Shown here piece by piece: positions 9,670 to 18,834 of a stretch of 64,000 nt of DNA (positions are counted from its first letter, which is position 1; each line of letters starts with the position of its first letter). Position numbers and translations under genes: made by a program. The DNA comes from a virus: positions 1-64,000 of IMG/VR virus record IMGVR_UViG_3300045988_103986. One strand, written 5' to 3'. The notes beneath the pieces are model-generated. The model did no database searches and was not told where the DNA came from. It was given only the letters and a program-made list of their open reading frames with translations.

Positions 9670-10485
9670 CTATACAAACACAGTGTCATCCAAGACCTGC
9701 GCATTGTTTGTGATTTTAACTGTCATATCGTCTGTCAGCGTAATAATGACTTCCGCTTTAGATGCTGCAAATGGCAATAAGGCAGATTTATACTCTTTAC
9801 AGACCATCCGTTTCCCATCTTCCATTGTGAACTTGTTCCCGCTTGAATCCTTGTACACGCAATCTGGATTGCACGTTGCGAGTTTTGCGTATCTTCCGAT
9901 AAATGTCGGGGACATCTCTGCATACTTCGGGTACTCTTTCACGAAACGGTCATATTCCACTGGAAACAGTCTTTTGAATTGGTGCAGGAAATTCGGTACG
10001 GTTTCATCCGCATATTTCGTGACAATATCTCCGCACATATTTCGTGGGTTATAGCCAAGTACGTTGTCCAAATTGTCCGGTGTCAGCATTGGCCTGTCCA
10101 CTAGTAAATGTTGATTTGTGAATATCGCCGTTGATGCGTTCAGTCGTCTTCCGTCCAATTTGAGGTCAACGTAAGGAAGATTCAGATACGCCATATCTCC
10201 AATGCGAATTACATACCAATAGGATGGGTATCTGAGTTTACGATATTCTGGCGAATGCCGCGCTGCGTCTGTCACAGTGTCATAGCGTTTGCTCTGTTTT
10301 GTGCCTCCATCCACTTTTTCAACTCTGCCAAGTTCACACCGTCGGTTGAACGGTATGGTAACGTTCAGGCATTTTCCCTCGTGGTATGCGGAGCATTCCT
10401 GCGCGTGATCGCAGTAAATATATTCTGCCCGAAGCCGGTTATTTCGTTTTCCTTCGCCGTAGAGAGCAACGTTTATGAGCGCCAT
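9670..10485 (-). CDS. hypothetical protein, 271 aa
   Basis: Long ORF abutting its neighbours; Cys cluster CDHAQECSAYHEGKC near the N-terminus. Confidence 0.6.
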   Translation of the reverse strand: MALINVALYGEGKRNNRLRAEYIYCDHAQECSAYHEGKCLNVTIPFNRRCELGRVEKVDGGTKQSKRYDTVTDAARHSPEYRKLRYPSYWYVIRIGDMAYLNLPYVDLKLDGRRLNASTAIFTNQHLLVDRPMLTPDNLDNVLGYNPRNMCGDIVTKYADETVPNFLHQFKRLFPVEYDRFVKEYPKYAEMSPTFIGRYAKLATCNPDCVYKDSSGNKFTMEDGKRMVCKEYKSALLPFAASKAEVIITLTDDMTVKITNNAQVLDDTVFV

Positions 10486-10746
10486 TTATTGTCCTCCTTT
10501 TCCAAGGGAGCAGAACCCATCCTCCGGCATATTAAGGCCGGTCGCGTCACGGAAGCCGCACCTAACATATGTCCCACACCACGAAATTTCTGCCCGGCGG
10601 CCATCACAGTCCCTGCAGCGTGTAACCTGTACTGCGTCCACTGCCGGCAGTCGGCTGATCTCAGCAAATGCCGCAGCATAGTCCCCAGATGTCCGGCGCA
10701 CGATTTCGAGCGCGTCTTCCCTGTAAATCAGCTGCTTGTCCATCAT
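10486..10746 (-). CDS. hypothetical protein, 86 aa (paralog of 12219-12596 C-terminus)
   Basis: LPAVDAVQVTRCRDCD...EDGFCSLG parallels APTVDAVKVTRCKDCK...PDGFCNYG. Confidence 0.55.
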   Translation of the reverse strand: MMDKQLIYREDALEIVRRTSGDYAAAFAEISRLPAVDAVQVTRCRDCDGRRAEISWCGTYVRCGFRDATGLNMPEDGFCSLGKGGQ

Positions 10747-11114
10747 GCTTCACCGTCCTTGATTTCGGCCAGCCAAAAATCACGGCGACATTTTCTGCAT
10801 TCTTCCTCGTCTCTCACAAGGCAGCAGAGAGCATCGTCGTCTTTATTGTGACATCTTTTATCTACGACGATCGGACAAATAGGGGACATCCCGTCAATTT
10901 CAATTCTCGCATTCGGGAACATCTTCAAAAACTCGCTCTGCCTCGTTTTAACAGGATGTTCTTTTGACCATTGCTCAACGATAGGAACCAGATCAATAGC
11001 TTTTGCACATAATGTTGCGCAATATGCAACTTTGTTTCCAGGGCAGTTCATGCACCTACTCATATAAAAATTGCACATCCTAGTTCGTTCTTTTAAGAAT
11101 TCAACAGCATCCAT
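10743..11114 (-). CDS. hypothetical Cys-rich protein (tandem paralog A)
   Basis: MDAVEFLKER...KEHPVKTRQSEFLKMFP...CRRDFWLAEIKDGEA; GGAGGA RBS. Confidence 0.55.
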   Translation of the reverse strand: MDAVEFLKERTRMCNFYMSRCMNCPGNKVAYCATLCAKAIDLVPIVEQWSKEHPVKTRQSEFLKMFPNARIEIDGMSPICPIVVDKRCHNKDDDALCCLVRDEEECRKCRRDFWLAEIKDGEA

Positions 11115-11129
11115 ATCTCCGTCCTCCAA

Positions 11130-11516
11130 TTATGCTTCTTCGTCCTTGATTTCGGCCAGCCAAAAATCACGACGACAATCAGGGCAGAAACTAACAATTT
11201 TTGAGCATCGACCAGTCTCATCGCGAAACAACGAGCTAAGTTTGGCAGGGCAAATCTCAAGAACGCCTTCATAAAGCCTAGCATCCGGCCACTGCTTCAA
11301 AAACTCGCTCTGCCTCGTTTTGACCGGGTGTTCTTTTGCCCACTTCTCGACCGCAGCAACACATTCCTCTGCGTTGTTGGTGAGATCGTTCATATGGCAT
11401 CCGCGTCCAATATCGTCAAGTGGACAGCCTACACACGGTTTTCCCGTAATGTTGTGCTTAGAATCAAAAGAATCGCACATTCTCGCATATGCTTTGATAT
11501 ACGTCACAGCATCCAT
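11130..11516 (-). CDS. hypothetical Cys-rich protein (tandem paralog B)
   Basis: MDAVTYIKAY...KEHPVKTRQSEFLKQWP...CRRDFWLAEIKDEEA; AGGAGGA RBS. Confidence 0.55.
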   Translation of the reverse strand: MDAVTYIKAYARMCDSFDSKHNITGKPCVGCPLDDIGRGCHMNDLTNNAEECVAAVEKWAKEHPVKTRQSEFLKQWPDARLYEGVLEICPAKLSSLFRDETGRCSKIVSFCPDCRRDFWLAEIKDEEA

Positions 11517-11527
11517 TTTCCATCCTC

Positions 11528-11962
11528 CTACATCCAGACCATATCGCATTTGTTGTCCACGCAGTCCTGCAAGATTGCCTTGAAGTCTCGGAACATTGCG
11601 CAGTCGCTCCGGCCGGCATAGCCGTAGCAGATGTTGTCATCGTAGTCCCCGATGACCTTCAGAATTTCCTTGCAGGCTCCGTAACGCGTCGTAGCTTCGC
11701 TGTCAGGGGCAAGCAGGAACTTCACAACTTTTACGGGAAAGTGGTTTTCTGCAAGTATCCTGTCTGCTTCCGTGGCCCAATCTTTCCAAAACTTCTCTTC
11801 CACTTCCGGTTGCATGATGATCGGCGCGTTACAAAGCTTCTCGTAGTGACCGTAAAACGGTTCTCCCATGAGTTGTGCCACTTTCCGCCGCAGCTGCATG
11901 AATCCGCCGCATCCAAGGTCAATTTCCCGACCAGTTTTCTTGCATTTAATCGTTACGCCCAT
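11528..11962 (-). CDS. hypothetical protein, 144 aa
   Basis: ORF in the coupled gene train; no motif. Confidence 0.55.
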   Translation of the reverse strand: MGVTIKCKKTGREIDLGCGGFMQLRRKVAQLMGEPFYGHYEKLCNAPIIMQPEVEEKFWKDWATEADRILAENHFPVKVVKFLLAPDSEATTRYGACKEILKVIGDYDDNICYGYAGRSDCAMFRDFKAILQDCVDNKCDMVWM

Positions 11963-11968
11963 ATTCTG

Positions 11969-12229
11969 TCACCATCCATATCCATCCCCTCTGATTTCAA
12001 TTTTGCCATCAACAGTGAGGCGAGTGTTGCTGTCATCCCACGTCACATGGCACGAATTGCATTGGGCATTTATAACTCCAACGGCTTCTTCTCCGCACTT
12101 TTTCCCATGCTTCGACGGTCTCCCGTTTTTCAAAATCGGGGAGTCGCGCGAGTAGGAGTAAAAGTCCACAAGAGTCATCCGTCCGCCGCAGTGCGGGCAT
12201 TTATTTGCCAAGACCCATTCACCGTTCAT
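11969..12229 (-). CDS. zinc-ribbon protein, 86 aa
   Basis: Start at MNGEWVLANKCPHCGG behind AAGGAGG; second pair CNSCH. Confidence 0.5.
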   Translation of the reverse strand: MNGEWVLANKCPHCGGRMTLVDFYSYSRDSPILKNGRPSKHGKKCGEEAVGVINAQCNSCHVTWDDSNTRLTVDGKIEIRGDGYGW

Positions 12230-12596
12230 CGCTTGCCTCCTTTGGCTCCCCGTAGTTGCAGAACCCGTCTGGTACTGGATCGTCCAGCCCGCGCCTGTTC
12301 GCGCAGTATGGGTCATTCTCGTTGTTCTGACGGAAATCTTTGCAGTCTTTGCACCGCGTTACCTTGACGGCATCAACGGTCGGAGCATTCTCCAAGATAC
12401 CCCGTAGCCCGTGATAGAACTGCTTTGCACGGGAGAACAGTTCCATGCAGTGGATATAGACGGACAAATCATCATCTATGCTCATGTGTTTCTTCAACTC
12501 TGGGATTGTCGAGCAGTACATTTTCTCCATGATTTCTCGCTGTTCTTTGATAATCGCATCAGCGTCGGTCAATCGCATTTGTTGTCCTCCTTTCAT
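12219..12596 (-). CDS. hypothetical protein, 125 aa
   Basis: See the paralog note at 10486-10746. Confidence 0.55.
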   Translation of the reverse strand: MKGGQQMRLTDADAIIKEQREIMEKMYCSTIPELKKHMSIDDDLSVYIHCMELFSRAKQFYHGLRGILENAPTVDAVKVTRCKDCKDFRQNNENDPYCANRRGLDDPVPDGFCNYGEPKEASDER

Positions 12597-12775
12597 GCTT
12601 CCGCGTATTTCTTATCAAGGATGCTCATGGCCTTCTTCCACGCGCGATCTCCGATGTGCAGTTCGGCGGGGAAGTAGACTCTCTCAAGTCTGTTGATTTT
12701 TGCGGCAGTCAGTATCGATCTGCCGTTCTCGTCAAGAAGGTCTAGCAGGTCCTGATCTTTGATGTAATACACCAT
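12593..12775 (-). CDS. hypothetical protein, 60 aa
   Basis: Start MVYYIKDQ behind GAGGGGGA; ATGA overlap at the stop. Confidence 0.45.
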   Translation of the reverse strand: MVYYIKDQDLLDLLDENGRSILTAAKINRLERVYFPAELHIGDRAWKKAMSILDKKYAEA

Positions 12776-12776
12776 T

Positions 12777-13046
12777 TCAAAGTTCCCCCTCTGGCACACC
12801 GAACATCTCTATGATTTTTTTCATGACCTCACCGATTTCCGGTTTTCCATCATACAAGTAACCTTCAATGGAATAATCGGACGGTTCTTGGAGGTTCCAG
12901 TTGTTCTTTACTGCATAGTCGATCATGTCCTTGAACAGCTTGCTCAAGTCTTCCATTGTGGATCGATATACGGCATATGATTTGCGCGCCGTTTCCAGTT
13001 TGCGCTCGACCGCTTCGAAAAGAACTTCATTTACAGATTTAGACAT
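12777..13046 (-). CDS. hypothetical protein, 89 aa
   Basis: Start MSKSVNEV behind GGAGGA. Confidence 0.5.
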   Translation of the reverse strand: MSKSVNEVLFEAVERKLETARKSYAVYRSTMEDLSKLFKDMIDYAVKNNWNLQEPSDYSIEGYLYDGKPEIGEVMKKIIEMFGVPEGEL

Positions 13047-13239
13047 ATGGTGTTCCTCCATTTGCAAGTATTTCTTTCATTCCATCTGGGAGAGCGAATG
13101 CCCCCGGCATCAGATCGAGGATTTTTCTTCGCAGCAGCACTTCTGCCTCCCGCTTGGTCAACTGCTTCTCGCGCTGCTTAGGTGGCAGTTCCCCGTTCTT
13201 GGCCGCAATGGCTGTCGGGTTATGTTTGTGCTGACCCAT
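13039..13239 (-). CDS. hypothetical basic protein, 66 aa
   Basis: Coupled ORF. Confidence 0.45.
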   Translation of the reverse strand: MGQHKHNPTAIAAKNGELPPKQREKQLTKREAEVLLRRKILDLMPGAFALPDGMKEILANGGTPYV

Positions 13240-13254
13240 TCTATTTCTCCTTCA

Positions 13255-13497
13255 TCAGTGGTGCGTCCTCAAATTCCATTTTTCGAGTGCGGCCGGCCGT
13301 TCGTCTTTCACGACTTTCACTTCTCCATAGTCTGAAAATTCAACTTCTACCGTGTAATCGTTCTTTGGAGTTCCGACGCCGCACTTTGTGCAATGGATTC
13401 CAAACTGCCAGCCGCGCCGTGTTCCGAACTCAAAACTTGCTTTTCTGAAGAATTTTGCTTCACCTCCGCAGAACGGGCAAGGTTTAAGGTTCGTCAT
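13255..13497 (-). CDS. Lar-family (restriction alleviation) zinc-ribbon protein
   Basis: MTNLKPCPFCGGEAKF...HCTKCG, the typical Lar-type signature. Confidence 0.6.
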   Translation of the reverse strand: MTNLKPCPFCGGEAKFFRKASFEFGTRRGWQFGIHCTKCGVGTPKNDYTVEVEFSDYGEVKVVKDERPAALEKWNLRTHH

Positions 13498-13993
13498 TTC
13501 CATTCACTTCCTTTCTCGCTTTTACAATTTCCCGCCGGGAGCTGCGCCACATCATCAGGAGCATTTCCTGGAGCGGCCTTTTTCTGTCGATGCGGCGAAC
13601 ACGCTGCACCACTTTCAGAATGTACGGCAGGAATTTATAACTCAGCTTTTCCGGGCACAGAACGCCAACGCTGTATGGCAGTTCGTCCCGAACCTTTTCG
13701 TAGACTTCCAGCGGCATGACGTAGTAGTTGAAATCCCCGATCAGATTGTGACCGTTCTTCGAGTGGAAGTCTTCGACGGAGGACTTGATCTCGTAGCAGT
13801 ACACATCGCCCTTCTCGATGCCGGACACGCTATTGTTGACCGGCTTGAACTGCATATAGTCCACGCGAATGGGAGAAACGCTGCCGTAGTCGAACGTGAC
13901 TTCCTTGGCCCAATAGACGCGCGGGTCGTTCTTCGGGTCAATATGTTCTTCCAGCAGTTTCGAAAGCCACTTCGTCGTTTCTGGTCTGTTCAT
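13484..13993 (-). CDS. hypothetical protein, possible PD-(D/E)xK nuclease fold
   Basis: VDYMQF ... YCYEIKSS resembles a D...E-x-K motif; weak. Confidence 0.4.
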   Translation of the reverse strand: MNRPETTKWLSKLLEEHIDPKNDPRVYWAKEVTFDYGSVSPIRVDYMQFKPVNNSVSGIEKGDVYCYEIKSSVEDFHSKNGHNLIGDFNYYVMPLEVYEKVRDELPYSVGVLCPEKLSYKFLPYILKVVQRVRRIDRKRPLQEMLLMMWRSSRREIVKARKEVNGNDEP

Positions 13994-14174
13994 TGTTTGT
14001 CGGTGTCACCGGCCTTTCTTGCATTTCTTTTCGCCACGGCTCATATTTGGGCTGCGTAGTGTTTGAGGTATATGTCGATGCCGCAGCTTCGCAATGAGAA
14101 CACTCCCCGTCGCAATATTCATATCCCGCGCCGCACGGGTGGAGCGCGTAATCACTTCTGAGATATGTCCGCAT
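13938..14174 (-). CDS. hypothetical Cys-rich protein, 78 aa
   Basis: HPCGAGYEYCDGECSHC motif; overlaps neighbours. Confidence 0.4.
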   Translation of the reverse strand: MRTYLRSDYALHPCGAGYEYCDGECSHCEAAASTYTSNTTQPKYEPWRKEMQERPVTPTNNEQTRNDEVAFETAGRTY

Positions 14175-14397
14175 TTGCTGCCTCTCTTTCTATCCTTTCG
14201 CAGAGTTCATCTGCGATGTTAAGCCCGTACATCAGCTCTTCGAATCCGCATCCGGAACCATCACTGAGCACGTCGACATCAACTCCGTGACGTTCCAGCC
14301 ACTCAGCCACCTTCCGGTTGAGTTCTGCAGCTTTGTAGGAATAGTGTGCAGTAAGCACCATCCACTCGTAGATATACTTTGGTATTTTCAATGCCAT
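14152..14397 (-). CDS. hypothetical protein, 81 aa
   Basis: Coupled ORF. Confidence 0.5.
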   Translation of the reverse strand: MALKIPKYIYEWMVLTAHYSYKAAELNRKVAEWLERHGVDVDVLSDGSGCGFEELMYGLNIADELCERIEREAANADISQK

Positions 14398-14403
14398 TAA
14401 GAT

Positions 14404-14613
14404 CTACCATCCTTTTACTCGTTTCAGCTCGTGGTCTGCTTCCTCTCTTGTGAGGAATACAGTTTTGCCGATATTAAAAACGTCTTGCAGCAGGAAGGCG
14501 TCCGGCTCAATGTATGGCTCGCTTTTATCCGGATATGTTTCAAATGTCCACTTTATTCTCCACACTGTATCGCCCACCTTGCGCGGCAGGATGATGCACC
14601 GGCCTTCCTTCAC
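14404..14613 (-). CDS. hypothetical protein, 69 aa
   Basis: VGDTVW...VFLTREEA motif, shared with the C-terminus of the next gene (IGDTVW...VFLSQEEA). Confidence 0.5.
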   Translation of the reverse strand: MKEGRCIILPRKVGDTVWRIKWTFETYPDKSEPYIEPDAFLLQDVFNIGKTVFLTREEADHELKRVKGW

Positions 14614-14628
14614 AGAACGGACACCGTT

Positions 14629-15057
14629 TCACTTCATCCAATGTGACGCCGCCTCCTTTGCTTCCTCCTGACTAAGAAAAACAACGCTCCCGAAGTTGCT
14701 TAGTCTCTCATAGTCTCCGCCATGTCTTCCCTCCAGATAAACTGCATCCGCCATAACATGTAGCGGAATTACGGGCTCCGTGTCCGCAGCCCACACCGTA
14801 TCGCCGATTTTGCACGGTCGGATGACAATTTGATGGTTTCTGTCTGCCTCAGCCAGCTCGCGGAGGCGATTTGGGATTTTTCCTTTGGCTCCATCCAGTG
14901 TCCCGACATAATACGCCATACTGCTTTTAATCGTCTCGTAGCACTCACAGCCAGTGGCGCTACTCTGCGCCATCGGCTCCCCCCCGCATTGTCTGGAGCA
15001 CGCCCAATAATGGATGCACTCTTCACAGGCTCTTTCAAGATTTTCTTTAGGTGGCAT
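14629..15057 (-). CDS. hypothetical protein, 142 aa
   Basis: N-terminal Cys cluster CEECIHYWAC; C-terminal domain paralogous to 14404-14613. Confidence 0.5.
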   Translation of the reverse strand: MPPKENLERACEECIHYWACSRQCGGEPMAQSSATGCECYETIKSSMAYYVGTLDGAKGKIPNRLRELAEADRNHQIVIRPCKIGDTVWAADTEPVIPLHVMADAVYLEGRHGGDYERLSNFGSVVFLSQEEAKEAASHWMK

Positions 15058-15060
15058 GTT

Positions 15061-15927
15061 TTATTCCTCCATTCCTTCAAGAACCATTTGTCCCGGCAGC
15101 ACGCCGTCCTCCAGACTCCAGTGCAGGACGTCTTCGCCGGTCTGCCAATCGCACGGCAGGCCGCGGCTGCGGCGCTCCTCGATCATCCGGCCATAAGCCC
15201 GGATGTAGGCATCCCGGTATCCGGGGTAGCGCGCGAGCTGCACCTTCCGGTGCTTGCCCGCCATCGGGCAATTGATGCAGCCCACGCGATCTTCGCCGCA
15301 GGCGTAAAGCGGATTCATACAGATCTTTTCTGCTGCGCAGTAATCCCAGATGGATTCGGTCGGCCAATCGATAATCGGATTGACCGTTCGGGTCCCCTTG
15401 AGCTGGCAGTTTTCCATCAACATGCGGCTTTCGTCATTGTCGTTCATCAGCGTCAGCCGCTTTTCCTTATTCTTATGAAGCGCTTCCATAACGCCGCGGG
15501 ATTTGCGCTTTTGCGACTCGGCCCACCGGACGCCGGTCGCGATCCACCTGCCACGTCCGCTGGTCTCTTTGAGCGCCGCGCAGCAGTAGCGCATAATGCG
15601 TGTCGGCGGCACCAGCTTCAGCGGGATTAGTCGCCACATGGTCATGTACGTCCCATCCGGCTGCTTGTGCTTATCGATATCGCACGGTACGCCCGCCAGC
15701 TCCAGCCTTCGGAATGTTTCCCGCACATGCCAGACGGTCTCCGGCGCATCAGCTGTCGTCAGCGAGTGCAGCACCTCATACGGGATTCCTGCCGCGCCCG
15801 CCAGATGCAGAAGAACGTCTGAATCCTTGCCTCCGGAATAAGTGATAACAAGCGGCTGCTTGTACAAGCGCAGGCTCATTTCTGACGCCATTCGTAGCCG
15901 CTCCATCGCTGTTTTCTCTAAGTCCAT
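15061..15927 (-). CDS. PAPS-reductase-family PP-loop ATP pyrophosphatase
   Basis: PP-loop VITYSGGKDSDV, plus a C-terminal Cys pair GCINCP. Confidence 0.8.
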   Translation of the reverse strand: MDLEKTAMERLRMASEMSLRLYKQPLVITYSGGKDSDVLLHLAGAAGIPYEVLHSLTTADAPETVWHVRETFRRLELAGVPCDIDKHKQPDGTYMTMWRLIPLKLVPPTRIMRYCCAALKETSGRGRWIATGVRWAESQKRKSRGVMEALHKNKEKRLTLMNDNDESRMLMENCQLKGTRTVNPIIDWPTESIWDYCAAEKICMNPLYACGEDRVGCINCPMAGKHRKVQLARYPGYRDAYIRAYGRMIEERRSRGLPCDWQTGEDVLHWSLEDGVLPGQMVLEGMEE

Positions 15928-15942
15928 CAGTATCCCTCCAAT

Positions 15943-16197
15943 TCAATCCGTATCATTGCGCTTCCGGAAACAGATCTGCTTCCCAATCTCGAAAATGTCG
16001 GCTTCGGCCACTTCATCCGACCAGCAGAATGGCAGGCCGAGTTCGTATGCCTTCATCGTTCCGAAGAAAGCACACTCCCGGCAATCTGCCCCAGGTACTT
16101 GCTTCAGCAATTCCGGGACCCTGTAGATCTCGACATCCCGGATTTCTCCATCAATTATCAGTTTCTGCGTCTCATAGCTCTTTTTTATTCCATTCAT
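15943..16197 (-). CDS. hypothetical protein, 84 aa
   Basis: Start MNGIKKSY with ATGA overlap. Confidence 0.5.
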   Translation of the reverse strand: MNGIKKSYETQKLIIDGEIRDVEIYRVPELLKQVPGADCRECAFFGTMKAYELGLPFCWSDEVAEADIFEIGKQICFRKRNDTD

Positions 16198-16613
16198 GTT
16201 CCCTCTCCGATTGAAAGCTGGTTCTGCCGGTAGCATTGGAATAGCGTCTGACCCTTATCGTTGAGCATATACGGAAGGAAGATTTCGTCCAGCTGTACCA
16301 TCTCGGATTCCAGAATCGCCATCTGCGCAGCTACCCAGTCCTTCACGATGCGCCAAGCGACACGCTCGGCCTGATCTCGGTCGCATTTGACTTTCTGCTT
16401 TGTAAGTACATTCCACACTGCGTCGACGTTTGCTGGCAATTTGACTCCGCGCGGGCCATTCGGTGTATCAATCAGGAAGGACAGTGCTGTGATATGCCCG
16501 TCATTGTCGTAATCCTGCATGATTTTCTTCGCACCATGTTTGACGAGCTGCCCCTGAATCTCACCAAGCGTCGCAAACACATCGACCTTCGTCGTGTAAT
16601 TCATGATGGGCAT
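16194..16613 (-). CDS. hypothetical protein, 139 aa
   Basis: Coupled ORF. Confidence 0.55.
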   Translation of the reverse strand: MPIMNYTTKVDVFATLGEIQGQLVKHGAKKIMQDYDNDGHITALSFLIDTPNGPRGVKLPANVDAVWNVLTKQKVKCDRDQAERVAWRIVKDWVAAQMAILESEMVQLDEIFLPYMLNDKGQTLFQCYRQNQLSIGEGT

Positions 16614-16616
16614 GGT

Positions 16617-17069
16617 TTAATCCTCCCCGGCCGCAATAGGAAGTGGCATCCAGTGGGTGACATAATATCCGGTGAGTGGAGCATCTTCGATTCCCAGAAG
16701 AGCATTGGCAAGGACTTCACTTTCTTTATCTCTTCCGATGTGCCATATCTTTTGTTCGGTGTCAAAAACTGCGGGCGAAACGAACTTCCTGTCATACGGT
16801 TCATCTGTGAATGGATTACTTACTGACTCAATGACAGTAACAGTGCAGCGCACCCACCCATATGCAGCTTTAGCCTTCGGAAGGTCGTCTTTGACACTGA
16901 TCCACGCCGGCATGTGGTTCAGCAACTCGTTATATGCCGTTGTTAAGGCACCTAACGATTTGTCTAGTTCCGCATTATTAGCCGCAAGCCTCCCAATTTC
17001 ATTGGCTGCAGCTACTGCCAGCGAGCCGCCATGCCGCCTAAGTTCCTGCAAAATCTTTTGTTGTGTCAT
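16617..17069 (-). CDS. DUF551-like protein
   Basis: C-terminal WISVKDDLP...VTHWMPLP pattern. Confidence 0.5.
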   Translation of the reverse strand: MTQQKILQELRRHGGSLAVAAANEIGRLAANNAELDKSLGALTTAYNELLNHMPAWISVKDDLPKAKAAYGWVRCTVTVIESVSNPFTDEPYDRKFVSPAVFDTEQKIWHIGRDKESEVLANALLGIEDAPLTGYYVTHWMPLPIAAGED

Positions 17070-17072
17070 TTT

Positions 17073-17960
17073 TCAGTTCCTTTCATCAATTTCGTTCACG
17101 ATGATATAGTTGACAATGGCATCTACGCACTCCAACACCACCCTCGATGCCGGCGTACTGTTCCATGTTTTTGCTGGAAACCATGTAGGGTTCAGCCCCG
17201 CATATTGAAAAATCTGTTTACTCAACGTTTCTGCCTCATCTGCGCTCAACTTCTCCACTTCATATTGAAGTGGGAACCGGCGAACCAGCGCCGGGTCAAG
17301 TTTGTCAAACCGATTTGTGGTTCCGATGACAATAACGTTGTTTGGCAGCCGGTCCATCTCCTGCATAAGTGCAATGACGACTCTATTCATTTCTCCGACA
17401 TCTTGATCTTGCCCACGTGCCAAACCTATGGCGTCGATTTCGTCGAAGCAAAGGACACACGGAGCAGATTTCGCATAATCAAATACCTTCGCGACGTTAG
17501 ATTGCGTAGATCCCAAATGGGAATCTACCAAAGATGAAAATCGTACATAAACAAACGGCAGTTTTGCCTTATGTGCAATATATCGAGCCAGCTCCGTTTT
17601 TCCGCATCCGCTCTTTCCGTGAAGGATAAGAGCAGGCAAATAAGATAAACCCATTCGAGAGAGTTTGTCCGCTGCCCGATATACATTCAGCAGTTTCTCG
17701 GTGATTACTTTTTCACCGTCTCGCAGAAAATATTTCCGTTCGGGGAAGATTTCTGAGTCTTCTGCTTCCAGAAGTCCTTTCAGATTGGGCGGCAGTTCTA
17801 AAAAGTTTTTCTGCGCCTCTAATCTGCGTAACATTTCCGCCCGGAATCGCTCGTCTTTTTGAGTTTTCGTTTCTTCCAGAATGATTTTTGCCTGTTGCCT
17901 TGCGTGTTTGATATCACCATCGCAAACGTAACGTAGCAGGATTTTTTCACGATCTGTCAT
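17073..17960 (-). CDS. AAA+ ATPase
   Basis: Walker A GKSGCGKT, Walker B VLCFDEID, sensor region IGTTNR. Confidence 0.8.
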   Translation of the reverse strand: MTDREKILLRYVCDGDIKHARQQAKIILEETKTQKDERFRAEMLRRLEAQKNFLELPPNLKGLLEAEDSEIFPERKYFLRDGEKVITEKLLNVYRAADKLSRMGLSYLPALILHGKSGCGKTELARYIAHKAKLPFVYVRFSSLVDSHLGSTQSNVAKVFDYAKSAPCVLCFDEIDAIGLARGQDQDVGEMNRVVIALMQEMDRLPNNVIVIGTTNRFDKLDPALVRRFPLQYEVEKLSADEAETLSKQIFQYAGLNPTWFPAKTWNSTPASRVVLECVDAIVNYIIVNEIDERN

Positions 17961-18223
17961 TTATACCTCTTCTCCCATTCCAATCCTCCAAACATAGTCA
18001 TTTGCTCCATGTCCGGTTTCTTTTTCTGCGCCGCCCTCCGTTTCTCAACCGGCCTGTATTCCCGTTCTGGGTTAAGAACGTCTATCGAGCAAAATTCGAA
18101 GTGCGGGCAGCGGTTCATCCGCGTTATCTGACGGTCAGTTCGAATTTCGTCTTTTGGCTCGCACCAAATCATGTCATCACCTTGAAGATAAGCATTTACG
18201 CAGTAGCGACAGTATTGCTTCAT
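17957..18223 (-). CDS. hypothetical Cys-rich protein, 88 aa
   Basis: CRYCVN...WCEP...CPHFEFC. Confidence 0.5.
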   Translation of the reverse strand: MKQYCRYCVNAYLQGDDMIWCEPKDEIRTDRQITRMNRCPHFEFCSIDVLNPEREYRPVEKRRAAQKKKPDMEQMTMFGGLEWEKRYK

Positions 18224-18822
18224 GGATTCTCCTCTCGCATTTTAGGTCTCTCTAACGGTTTAAAAATTGTAGGTTGGTGCGATTTACGCCCGTTTTCTGC
18301 ACTCCACACACACCACATCACGTCCATAAGTGGTGCGCCTCCGTGTTCTTCCTTGAAGTAGAAGTTCGGCCTCCATGTAAGCGGCAGCACATAATCCGGT
18401 CGTACCTCTCGGAACAATCTCAGCCTTTTTGATGCGTGCCAATATTGTGATTTCAACAGCATGGCGAACGGATGAACAAGCTCGTTTGCGTGGCGAATAA
18501 ACTGCTCCGAAAGCGCAAACGGCGGATTTGTAATAATCCAGTCACACGGCAGCCATAGATCTGCGTTAGGTGGACCATCGACTGCTAAGAAATCTGTACC
18601 TGTCATAATGTCAGATTCATAAACCGTATGCCCATGCGTCGAAATTTGCCTCGCCATATCACCTTCACCAGCTGCAGGGTCCCAAACACGGAAAAATGAC
18701 GGAATATCTAGGAACCGTAAAAGTGCTTCTGTGACATCTGGTGGGGTAGGATAAAGATCTGTCGGGCGGCGATCTCGTTCACCATTCCCACCGATCATCT
18801 GCGTCGCTCGTAAGCTCTCCAT
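18220..18822 (-). CDS. N6-adenine DNA methyltransferase (small, NPPF type)
   Basis: WDPAAGEGDM (motif I) and IITNPPF (motif IV). Confidence 0.7.
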   Translation of the reverse strand: MESLRATQMIGGNGERDRRPTDLYPTPPDVTEALLRFLDIPSFFRVWDPAAGEGDMARQISTHGHTVYESDIMTGTDFLAVDGPPNADLWLPCDWIITNPPFALSEQFIRHANELVHPFAMLLKSQYWHASKRLRLFREVRPDYVLPLTWRPNFYFKEEHGGAPLMDVMWCVWSAENGRKSHQPTIFKPLERPKMREENP

Positions 18823-18834
18823 AGCTGCACCCCG

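Noticed and set aside
15061-15927. Complete dnd-type phosphorothioation cluster
   Set aside because: Only a PP-loop protein and a distant cysteine desulfurase are present. No DndB/D/E-like genes are visible, so this is kept as a low-confidence hypothesis only.
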